NCBI GenBank assembly: GCA_041736305.1
Contig: JBGSTX010000338.1
Coordinates: forward strand, 1 to 15,598
Direction: 5' to 3'
DNA length: 15,598 nt
Origin: Oligoflexus sp.
GTDB taxonomy: Bacteria > Bdellovibrionota_B > Oligoflexia > Oligoflexales > Oligoflexaceae
Below the pieces are notes generated by a model, which saw nothing but the letters and a program-made list of their open reading frames with translations, searched no databases and had not been told where the DNA came from. The translations under genes and the position numbers were made by a program. This document shows positions 1 to 7,387 of the stretch, piece by piece (positions within the stretch are counted from its first letter, which is position 1; each line of letters begins with the position of its first letter).

Positions 1-40
1 CTCGGCAATTGCCAGGAAGTTTCAGGCCTTTAATCTCCGC

Positions 41-1381
41 TCAGCTCGCAGACGGTGGGGCTGGGACAGGGTTCTGCACGTAGCGCTTCGAATCGATGTA
101 ACAGTTAGGAATGCGATCGCTACCCTGTTCCTGCAGAGTGCAGAGTGTCGTGCGGATATAGTAGTATTCAAGAATCTGTTGATAGGTCCAGGCTTTCTCA
201 CCGGCCAGCGCTGCAGCTCCTACCTGGCTCATGCCAACTCCATGACCGTTGCCGATACCGCGGATGAGTAAGTGACCCGGTTCCTGCCGATCTTTCTCAA
301 AGGCGAAGAGCTGCGAAGGGAGCTGAGGAATCATCCTCCTCAGGTTTGATACAGGAAGCAGCTGCGACTGTCCTTCCTGGTCGATCAAAGTCACGTAACG
401 CACGCGGCCTGAGGGAGAGCGTCCTGCCACAGGTACCAGCACGTCGCGCAAGACCTTCTCTTCGTCGAACAAGCCCTGAGTCTTCAAATCCTGCTCAAGA
501 GTCGCAAGCGGTATTTTCCGCTCCCATACTGTTTTCGAGAGTTCCATGTCATTGGCTTCGGAACGAGCTACGGTATACGGTACCGACTGACTCCAAACGG
601 ACAGTGCTTCTTCCGTTTGACCACCGCTCTCCGCATGGTAATAAGCTTGGATGACTTCGCCTTGATAAGTGAGAATCTGGCCATCGGTACTGAACACGGC
701 TTCATCCGTGCGAGGATCGAGGAGACTGGTGCCCGTATAGGCTTGGAAATTGATCGTGTCATCGACATCCCAGAAGCGGCCCTCGTTATTTTTGCGAGCC
801 GAACCTAGGTGATAGACAGCATAGGTGCGGGCTGCGACGGCCTGAGTCTTCAGTGATTCCATAGGCCAACCGCGGTAGACTTCGGAAGGTACCACACCGC
901 GTAGATAGTCGCTGAAATTGACGAGATTGATAGCTTCAATGTCTGCATTCGCATTGAGTTGGAGATAAAGACGTCCGTTGTACGGATAACTCTGAGCAGC
1001 TGGAACACCTTCGCGAACGAGACGAAATCCAGCGGGGCAAGACAGCACCCGGGGTTCAACTAGATCAACGTTGGAAAATTGGAATTGCGAAGCTCGGAGG
1101 AGAATTCCACCAGTCGACGTAGGAGCCTTACTAGAGCCTCGATAGAGAGCGCAGGGCTTATCGGCCACGACGCTGATCCGACTCTTGATAGTGTCTATAC
1201 CGTGTGGTTTATAGTCGCGCTCGTGGGGAAATATTTTTACTCGTATTATAGACCCCTTGTCGCCCTTGAGTTGTAGAGACTTGAGGATGGACCAATTCGG
1301 ATCTTCTCCGGCCCAGGCCTGGGTGCATGAAAAAATGAGCGCAAGCATGAGCGTAAACCCATTGAGCGGTAAGCTTTTCAT
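41..1381 (-). CDS. Secreted SpoIID/LytB-domain protein (lytic transglycosylase family)
   Basis: Motifs YLRGVVPSEV (catalytic Glu position), LKTQAVAARTYA, FQAYTG, YYHAESGG, GNGHGVGMSQVGA, YQQILEYYY. Signal-peptide-like N-terminus ending TQAWA. Start uncertain: ATG 1381 (GAGG 9 nt upstream) preferred; 1390, 1402 (AGGAG 11 nt upstream) and 1423 are in frame. Confidence 0.92.
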   Translation of the reverse strand: MKSLPLNGFTLMLALIFSCTQAWAGEDPNWSILKSLQLKGDKGSIIRVKIFPHERDYKPHGIDTIKSRISVVADKPCALYRGSSKAPTSTGGILLRASQFQFSNVDLVEPRVLSCPAGFRLVREGVPAAQSYPYNGRLYLQLNANADIEAINLVNFSDYLRGVVPSEVYRGWPMESLKTQAVAARTYAVYHLGSARKNNEGRFWDVDDTINFQAYTGTSLLDPRTDEAVFSTDGQILTYQGEVIQAYYHAESGGQTEEALSVWSQSVPYTVARSEANDMELSKTVWERKIPLATLEQDLKTQGLFDEEKVLRDVLVPVAGRSPSGRVRYVTLIDQEGQSQLLPVSNLRRMIPQLPSQLFAFEKDRQEPGHLLIRGIGNGHGVGMSQVGAAALAGEKAWTYQQILEYYYIRTTLCTLQEQGSDRIPNCYIDSKRYVQNPVPAPPSAS

Positions 1382-1585
1382 AGCTTTCATCCTCTTCCAC
1401 ATTTGTATTCGCACTCCTAGCATGTGGATGGAACGCCTGTCTAGAAAGAATACAAAATGGCATGTCCATCCATAAGCTTAGGATCGTCCGGAAGGGGTCA
1501 AAGCTTTTTTCGACTTTAATTACATCCTTTATCTAGGCGATTTAATTGCATTAATAAGATTTACTAAAATTTTAATAAAACCATA

Positions 1586-1613
1586 TTGACATGCGAAATT
1601 GCCGTGGTATCTT
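1586..1613 (+). promoter_or_regulatory. Sigma70-type promoter of the AraC-family gene
   Basis: TTGACA (1586-1591), 16-nt spacer, TATCTT (1608-1613) with extended -10 TG at 1605-1606; AT-rich UP-like tract 1561-1585; GGAG RBS at 1641-1644. Confidence 0.75.
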
Positions 1614-1650
1614 GAGTCTAGCCATAGGGCTTTCTGACGTGGAGTAAATC

Positions 1651-2238
1651 ATGCTGTATCTCGAAAATTTGGCCCAGTCTCAAGCAAGTAAGACCGACCC
1701 CGGCACAGTTCGTTCAATGAGCGAACTCGAAAGCTACCTCATCAAAAACATTGGTGAAAACCTCAGCCTCGACGACTTAGCACTGTCGATGAGCATCTCG
1801 AAATTCGCTCTAACGCGCCTGTTTCACAAGCGTTATGGCGTAGCTCCGATGCGCTGGCTCTGGTCTTTCCGGGCGCACCTAGCTAAGGATGTAATATCCA
1901 TGCAGCTCGGTTTGCCATTGATGGACGTGCTAACCCTCTGTGGATTTAATAGTCCCCAGCATTTCTCGCGCTTCTTTAGGAAGACCTTCCGCCAAGCTCC
2001 TTCCAAACTTATGAAAGAGCTCGGCGTCATGCATGCCGATGACACGGGCAAGGCTCGCCAAGAGCTTTACGAGCGCTTTGAAAGCATAGTCTCGACCTCT
2101 CTGGCCACTTATATTCGCAACTATAAGCTACCCACAGTTGCTGAGGCGATGGCCTCTGCAAAAGCCGACGTAGGATTCGAACAAGAATCCGGAAGCGAAA
2201 GCATGTCGATCGCTATCCTCGAAACCGTCGACGCCTGA
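1651..2238 (+). CDS. AraC-family transcriptional regulator (N-terminal double HTH, no N-terminal sensor domain)
   Basis: LSLDDLALSMSISKFALTRLFHKRYGVAP (HTH1) and LMDVLTLCGFNSPQHFSRFFRKTFRQAP (AraC signature HTH2); GGAG 6 nt before ATG. Confidence 0.92.
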   Translation: MLYLENLAQSQASKTDPGTVRSMSELESYLIKNIGENLSLDDLALSMSISKFALTRLFHKRYGVAPMRWLWSFRAHLAKDVISMQLGLPLMDVLTLCGFNSPQHFSRFFRKTFRQAPSKLMKELGVMHADDTGKARQELYERFESIVSTSLATYIRNYKLPTVAEAMASAKADVGFEQESGSESMSIAILETVDA

Positions 2239-2241
2239 CGC

Positions 2242-2263
2242 GTGGCGCCCCAGCGGCGCCGCT
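2242..2263 (+). terminator. Possible GC-rich terminator hairpin after the AraC gene
   Basis: GTGGCGCC-CCAGC-GGCGCCGC begins 3 nt after the stop; only a weak pyrimidine tail (TCCTCT) follows. Confidence 0.3.
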
Positions 2264-2380
2264 CCTCTGACTTTCCTGTCCAAGCCAAGGCGCCCATGTA
2301 AACTTTGGGCTGCGAGGCTAAGGTTTTTCCGCTACCATGAACCGCATTTGCTATCGACCAACTCGCTCTGAGGTCATGCG

Positions 2381-3295
2381 ATGCGACGTTTCATGGTACC
2401 TTTCCTCTTTCTCCTTTTCCTGCACACTCTCCTGACGAGCTGCTCCCTTCGAACGATCGCGATCCGTGAAGTCACCGATATGGTGAGTGACTCTATTCCT
2501 GCCTTCGAGCGCGACGATGACCCGGAACTCATTGCAGAGGCTCTGCCAGCTCATATCAAGCTTTTAGAAGCCATGCTTGAAAGTGATCCCGAAAATACCG
2601 CCCTCCTCGGCCTCTTGTCCCAGCTTTACGGTAGCTACACTTTTGGTTTCGTCGAACCCGAACTTGACTTGGGTAAATCGGCGCGAAAGACGCTCGTCAA
2701 AGAGAGAGTCAACCGGCTCTACCTGCGAGGGATTCGTTACGGAGAAAAAGCTCTGGGTATTGTCGCCAGCTCTTGCAAGCGAGGGCTCGAAGCCACGACC
2801 GAGCTCGACAGCTGTCTTCAGCAAGTGGATAAAGAGCATGTTCCGCTGCTCTTCTGGTATGGTTTTAACCTAGCCGCATACATCAATCGCAACCTTAATT
2901 CCGTCGAAGCTCTCGCCAAGGGAGCCAACGTCGAAAAATCGATGGCGAAGGTAATTGCCCTCGATGAAAGCTACCTCTTTGGTTGTTCACACGTCCTCTT
3001 GATGGCCTACTACGGTTCACGCGCACCGATGATGGGTGGTAACCCCGAAAAGGCTCAGACCCATTACGAAAGAGCAAATCAGCTCAGCAAGGGCCAGTTC
3101 TGGCTTGCCGATGTTTTCTATGCCCGTTATGTCCTCGTCCAAAAAGATGATCAGCCAGCCTTTGAAAAGCTTCTCACTAAGATAGTCCAACTGCCGTCTG
3201 ATGCTGCGAAGGGGGCGCCTCGGATGGCGCTTTACAATAGCCTGGCGAAGCAACGGGCGAAGCTGTATCTTGAGAATTCAGATGAATTTTTCTGA
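2381..3295 (+). CDS. tatT: TRAP-associated TatT-family lipoprotein (TPAT T component)
   Basis: Lipobox LLTS-C at residue 21; helical TatT-like motifs DDDPELIAEALP..KLLEAML..DPEN, YGSYTFGFVE, LYLRG..YG, LDESYLFG, MMGGNPEKAQTHYERA; GAGGT RBS 2370-2374; lies directly upstream of a DctP gene. Confidence 0.88.
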   Translation: MRRFMVPFLFLLFLHTLLTSCSLRTIAIREVTDMVSDSIPAFERDDDPELIAEALPAHIKLLEAMLESDPENTALLGLLSQLYGSYTFGFVEPELDLGKSARKTLVKERVNRLYLRGIRYGEKALGIVASSCKRGLEATTELDSCLQQVDKEHVPLLFWYGFNLAAYINRNLNSVEALAKGANVEKSMAKVIALDESYLFGCSHVLLMAYYGSRAPMMGGNPEKAQTHYERANQLSKGQFWLADVFYARYVLVQKDDQPAFEKLLTKIVQLPSDAAKGAPRMALYNSLAKQRAKLYLENSDEFF

Positions 3296-3308
3296 AGGAG
3301 TCGACTCG

Positions 3309-4316
3309 ATGTCGCGTATGCCAGTGCTTAATACCCTGAGCGTCTTAATCACGTTTTGCCTTTCAGCAGCACCCTTGGCTGCCAAGCCTCTCAAGTTCGG
3401 AATCGTCACCCCAAAAGGCAGTACCTGGACCAATATCGTCGAAGAAATGCGCGATGATATCGCCGCTAAGAGCGGTGGCAAGCTCGAGATAAAGGTCATG
3501 GAAGGCGGTAAGAAGGGAGATGAGGTCGACATGTTGCGGGCAATGGAGCGCAACACCCTCCAAGCTGGTGCCTTCAGCGGCGTTGGGCTAGAAAATCTGG
3601 TGAGTTCCATTCGCATCCTCGAGGCCCCTCTCCTTTTCAAAACCAATGAGGAAGTCGATGCCGTCAAAGAGCAGCTTTTCGACTACTTTGCGCAGGAATT
3701 CGACAAGAAAGGCTACGTGCTCCTCGGCTTTGCTGAAGCCGGCTTCGTCAACGTCTTCTCGAAGCAAAAAATTGACAATGATGCCAGCCTCAAAAACATT
3801 AAGATGTGGGTCTGGAGTGGCGATACAGTAGCTTCGCGTTTCCTGGAGGAGTTTGGGATCCGCACAACTCCTCTGACTCTTGCCGACGTTACGATGGGTC
3901 TCGACAAGGGAATGATCGATTCCTTTTATAGCCCGCCACTCGCCGCGGTTGCCTTTCAATGGTCATCGAAAGTCAAATACATGATGGACTACCCTTTTGT
4001 TAATTCAACCGGCGCTTTCATCATCAAAAAAGATACTTTTAATGAACTCCCCGCCGATCAGCAGAAGCTAATGCGCGACGAGGCAAAGATCTACTGCCGG
4101 AAAGTAGTGGAAGCGACCCGCAAGGATAATGAAAAAGCCCGCGAAGCTCTCAAAAAGCAGGGCATCGAATTTCTGACGCCGAGTGAGGCCGACATTCAGA
4201 AGTTCCAAACTTATGCCAATAACGTCTACAAAAAGAGTATCGGCCAGACTTACCCTAAAGAACTTTTTGACAAAGTCGAAGGCATCCTTAAAACCTTACG
4301 AGTAGCCAAAAAGTAA
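3309..4316 (+). CDS. dctP: TRAP transporter substrate-binding protein DctP (TatP-type)
   Basis: Start reassigned to ATG 3309 (AAGGAG at 3295-3300); signal peptide ending PLAA; DctP-family motifs LKFGIVTPKGSTW, GGKKGDEVDML, LEAPLLFKTNEE, GLDKGMID, FNELPADQQKLM. Confidence 0.93.
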   Translation: MSRMPVLNTLSVLITFCLSAAPLAAKPLKFGIVTPKGSTWTNIVEEMRDDIAAKSGGKLEIKVMEGGKKGDEVDMLRAMERNTLQAGAFSGVGLENLVSSIRILEAPLLFKTNEEVDAVKEQLFDYFAQEFDKKGYVLLGFAEAGFVNVFSKQKIDNDASLKNIKMWVWSGDTVASRFLEEFGIRTTPLTLADVTMGLDKGMIDSFYSPPLAAVAFQWSSKVKYMMDYPFVNSTGAFIIKKDTFNELPADQQKLMRDEAKIYCRKVVEATRKDNEKAREALKKQGIEFLTPSEADIQKFQTYANNVYKKSIGQTYPKELFDKVEGILKTLRVAKK

Positions 4317-4337
4317 ACTAGGTAAAGGCTAAGCCAG

Positions 4338-4790
4338 ATGACAGAATCAAAATCAACATCGCCGGCTATCATCGTGACCCGCACGGTCCCGAGCAGTGTC
4401 CAGGCTCTATTCGACGCCTGGACTAAGCCGGAATTGGTCGAGCGCTGGGGACCGCAGAGGGCGAGTATCGATGCCCAGGTGGGAGGCGAATTTCGCTTCG
4501 AAACGGATGGAGTTGAAGGGACCTTTGACATCCATGTCGTCAAGGGAAAGTACAAGGAAATTGTAGCGGCGAAAAAAATTGTCCAGACCTGGATCTATCA
4601 GGGACCGCTTTCGCTAGACGAAGAGATTGAGACTTTAGTCACAGTCGAGTTTAAGGAGAAGGCCCGTGGCCTCTCTGAAATCATTGTGAAAGAAGAAGGA
4701 GAGCCTCTCAAAGAACCCGACGCGAAAAAGTCGGCGCGCGAAGCCTGGGAAGCCGCCCTGGATAACCTGAGCATAGTCTGTGTGTCTTGA
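4338..4790 (+). CDS. SRPBCC/AHSA1-like (START-superfamily) domain protein, cytoplasmic
   Basis: LFDAWTKPELVERWG, IDAQVGGEFRF, GKYKEIVAAKKIVQTW, TLVTVEF and C-terminal helix AWEAALDNL; no signal peptide; 21 nt downstream of dctP. Confidence 0.9.
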   Translation: MTESKSTSPAIIVTRTVPSSVQALFDAWTKPELVERWGPQRASIDAQVGGEFRFETDGVEGTFDIHVVKGKYKEIVAAKKIVQTWIYQGPLSLDEEIETLVTVEFKEKARGLSEIIVKEEGEPLKEPDAKKSAREAWEAALDNLSIVCVS

Positions 4791-4806
4791 ATCGTCCAAA
4801 TTTGCA

Positions 4807-4836
4807 AAGGGTGCTCACTTTACAGTGAACACCCTT
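4807..4836 (-). terminator. Intrinsic terminator hairpin between convergent genes (probably bidirectional)
   Basis: Minus strand AAGGGTGTTCACT-GTAA-AGTGAGCACCCTT: 13-bp stem with one G.U pair, GNRA loop and a short T run; lies between the stops at 4790 and 4863. Confidence 0.8.
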
Positions 4837-4862
4837 CGGACTTAAGCTTCAACCTCTAAAGC

Positions 4863-7046
4863 TTATTGTGCCTTGTAGAGAGAGACTTCGACATCTGCGT
4901 AGTAAGGCAGATCAGGGAAGTTTAGCTGACCGTCAATGACCGTGAAGCTGCTTGAGGTCTGACCATTTACCTTAACAGTCCAGCGATACTGGCTGAGGTC
5001 CATGTCCAGCTCACCGAGGTCGAAGCTGGTTTTGTGTTCCCCGGCGAAGGCATACTCGATCATGATGCCCTCGTCGTTATCGAAGCTGCAGGCGCTGAGG
5101 TCGACTGCCGAACCGCTGACGATGATACCGCTGCAGGGGCCCGACTTGGTACCGACTACGCTTACCGAAGTAGCGACAAGTGGGTAACCAGTGTCGATCG
5201 TCCAAGCACCGTCACCGCTTGCTGGGTAGCGAACCGTATAGGCGCGAAGGGCACGGAATTCTGCAGCAGCAAAGACCAGTTCGCGACCCTCGATCCGGTA
5301 GTTCATGAGGCGCTGGGTTGCAGCGTCATAAACTTTAACTTCACCCAACTTAGCTTGCGGCACATTCAGCGGGTAGCGCAGACGAGGAGTCTGCTCTTCG
5401 TTGAAGCTGATGCGGATCGCAGCGCCGTCTTTAGGTGCTTGTGCGAGGCGAACAAGCTGGCCTTGGGCTACGTAGGAGTACTGGTTGCTGGCCAGAAGAG
5501 TCCCATTAACACTGACTTTGAGACTTCCAGACTTAGGTGTGCCAGGCGTCGCAAACTCGTTTTCCAGGGGCTCATCGCGGCGATATACAGCCTTGACCTC
5601 GCTAGCAGAAGGGGCAGAACTGAAGACCACGCTGTGAGTATTCACATTGTAGCTATAGTTCGAAGTCGCTGTACCATCGAGATAGACCGAGACTGTAGAA
5701 GGATCAGCATCGTTGCTGAGAGCAAACTCGCGCTTGGGAGTCTGAGTTGCCGTTGCGTAGTCGATGCGGATGCGTGAGCCAGCAGCTGGTGCGCTGGCAA
5801 ACTCAACGATGTTGCCACGAACTTGGTAACCAGTAGTGCGAAGAACGTCGTTTACGTAGACTTTGAGGCCACTTGCAGCCGGTTCAAAGCTCAGGTTAAA
5901 CTGAGTCTTGAGCAAGACGCTCAGGTCCAAGCTGATCGCTTGGAGGGTAGAGGTATAGTCGGCATCACAGATCGACCCTATGGTCCCGCCAGTCCTAGAG
6001 ACCGCGTCGGCATAGATGTTCGCTTTGTAATAAGCCGTGCGGCAGGCGCTCTGTGCCTTGTTTGGCTGCCAGGCAAGACCGTAGACGCGAGCATTCGTAC
6101 CAACCTGACGAATCGAAGCTAGATAGTCGATAAGGTAGTTGGAGCTTGCCCATGGATCAGTTCCACAACCCTGACCATTGGAGCAGTTATCTTCATCGCT
6201 AACGACTAAGACTGCAACCGTCGAGTTGCTGCGGAGCCATGAACCTTCGGCGTTACACTCGCCTTTCAGACCGTTGACAGCCTGGAGGATACCTCTTTCG
6301 TTACCCGTTCCTTGGATACCAGCATTAACGGCGCTTGAGAAGTGAGCAGCAGCTTGAGGATCACCCTTAGAGATGAGCCCGCGCAAGCAACCGGCCGCCG
6401 GGTCGGTTGTAACCACACCGATTTTCCAATCAGCGTTGCCTACATAAGACAGCAGGGGCATCATTTTGTTAGACAGATTAGTCTGCTCTTCTTTCATCGA
6501 TCCTGAAGTATCGATGACGACGAGGATGTCGAGTAGACCCTTAGCAGAAGCTTCCTGTTGGAAGAGTTCCGAACGGTTTTCAAGCGTTGAGCCCTGCTTG
6601 AAGGTTTCAGTGACTACCGGACGGTTGGTCTGAACATAGTCAAGCTTGGTGGCCAAGAGATTGCTCTCCATGGTACCACTTTGCTGAACTTCACCGAATC
6701 CAGTATCCAGTGCTATATTGCCGTTTTCGACCTGAGAAGCCTTGAAGCTCCACTTGGCGAGCGCGACAGCCGGACCGCTGGTGGGTTCGCCACGATCAGC
6801 GGCTGTTTCGTCGCTTCGTGATCCTAAAGCAGGATCATCAGTCGACGAGCCGTAAGAGCCGGAACCCGAATTATCGATTTCGCTGCCCGGTGCACCTTCA
6901 CCAGAATATTCAAGAAGATCAGATGAGGTAATACCGGTAGCGCGTTCGACGAAAGCAGGGTCTTGTGAGTCGCAAGCACTCAGAAGACTAAAAAGAAGGG
7001 AGCCGGAAAACAATAGCCAGCCTTTGGACGGTTTTACGTGTAACAT
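4863..7046 (-). CDS. Large VWA-domain lipoprotein (CglB-like) with six C-terminal tandem beta modules, 727 aa
   Basis: Start reassigned to ATG 7046 (GAGGAG 6 nt upstream); lipobox LLSA-C; Ser/Gly/Asp-rich linker; MIDAS DTSGS at 6512-6498 in LDILVVIDTSGSMKEEQ; IGVVTTD, GTGNERG, VAVLVVSDEDNCS, GSICDADY; repeats from ~5906 to the stop. Confidence 0.88.
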   Translation of the reverse strand: MLHVKPSKGWLLFSGSLLFSLLSACDSQDPAFVERATGITSSDLLEYSGEGAPGSEIDNSGSGSYGSSTDDPALGSRSDETAADRGEPTSGPAVALAKWSFKASQVENGNIALDTGFGEVQQSGTMESNLLATKLDYVQTNRPVVTETFKQGSTLENRSELFQQEASAKGLLDILVVIDTSGSMKEEQTNLSNKMMPLLSYVGNADWKIGVVTTDPAAGCLRGLISKGDPQAAAHFSSAVNAGIQGTGNERGILQAVNGLKGECNAEGSWLRSNSTVAVLVVSDEDNCSNGQGCGTDPWASSNYLIDYLASIRQVGTNARVYGLAWQPNKAQSACRTAYYKANIYADAVSRTGGTIGSICDADYTSTLQAISLDLSVLLKTQFNLSFEPAASGLKVYVNDVLRTTGYQVRGNIVEFASAPAAGSRIRIDYATATQTPKREFALSNDADPSTVSVYLDGTATSNYSYNVNTHSVVFSSAPSASEVKAVYRRDEPLENEFATPGTPKSGSLKVSVNGTLLASNQYSYVAQGQLVRLAQAPKDGAAIRISFNEEQTPRLRYPLNVPQAKLGEVKVYDAATQRLMNYRIEGRELVFAAAEFRALRAYTVRYPASGDGAWTIDTGYPLVATSVSVVGTKSGPCSGIIVSGSAVDLSACSFDNDEGIMIEYAFAGEHKTSFDLGELDMDLSQYRWTVKVNGQTSSSFTVIDGQLNFPDLPYYADVEVSLYKAQ
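4866..5906 (-). repeat. Six degenerate protein-level repeats of 57-60 aa
   Basis: Equivalent first hydrophobic codons at 5900, 5726, 5555, 5375, 5198 and 5024; consensus F.L...P...sv.V.vnG......Y......v.F..aP..g..i.v.Y. Repeats 1-3 and 6 are clearest, 4-5 diverged. Confidence 0.75.
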
Positions 7047-7352
7047 TAAGAACTCCTCTATAACCTGGTCGTCCCATTTCCATATGTGGACCGCATCGGT
7101 TGTTTGTAGCGTCCTGCTACTAGGTATACAAAACGGTAAGTTCAAATTTTAATTTATTAGGTGACGCAAGCACCCGTAAGTCTTGAGCTTCGAGCTGAAA
7201 TTAAAGAGTTTAGAAAATTATCTTAGAGGCTGATTTTGAGAAAGAGCTGTCCACGGCATACGTGGCTACGCCGCCTCTGGATAATTATTTCCTAGTGGAA
7301 GAGCTGGAATAGGTCTTATGATTTTGAAGGTTTGAAAAGACGGGAAAAATTC

Positions 7353-7372
7353 GGGCTCAAGTAGGCGAGCCC
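7353..7372 (-). terminator. Probable intrinsic terminator of udk
   Basis: Minus strand GGGCTC-GCCTACTT-GAGCCC followed by GAATTTTT, 15 nt after the udk stop. Confidence 0.55.
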
Positions 7373-7387
7373 TCTGGAACTTAAGCC

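Noticed and set aside
1-33. Possible 3' end of a convergent plus-strand gene (LGNCQEVSGL-stop)
   Set aside because: Too short to support from this window.
2310-2338. Possible tatT promoter CTGCGA-17-TACCAT
   Set aside because: The -35 match is too weak to call without TSS data.
3201-3308. N-terminal extension of the dctP ORF
   Set aside because: Overlaps tatT by 95 nt; ATG 3309 has a strong RBS and gives a normal signal peptide.
5034-5777. 247-aa plus-strand ORF
   Set aside because: Fully antisense to the VWA lipoprotein repeats, non-ATG start, no recognisable motifs; shadow ORF.
7047-7145. N-terminal extension of the 760-aa ORF
   Set aside because: ATG 7046 has a GAGGAG RBS and puts the lipobox Cys at residue 25; the upstream stretch reads better as a leader.
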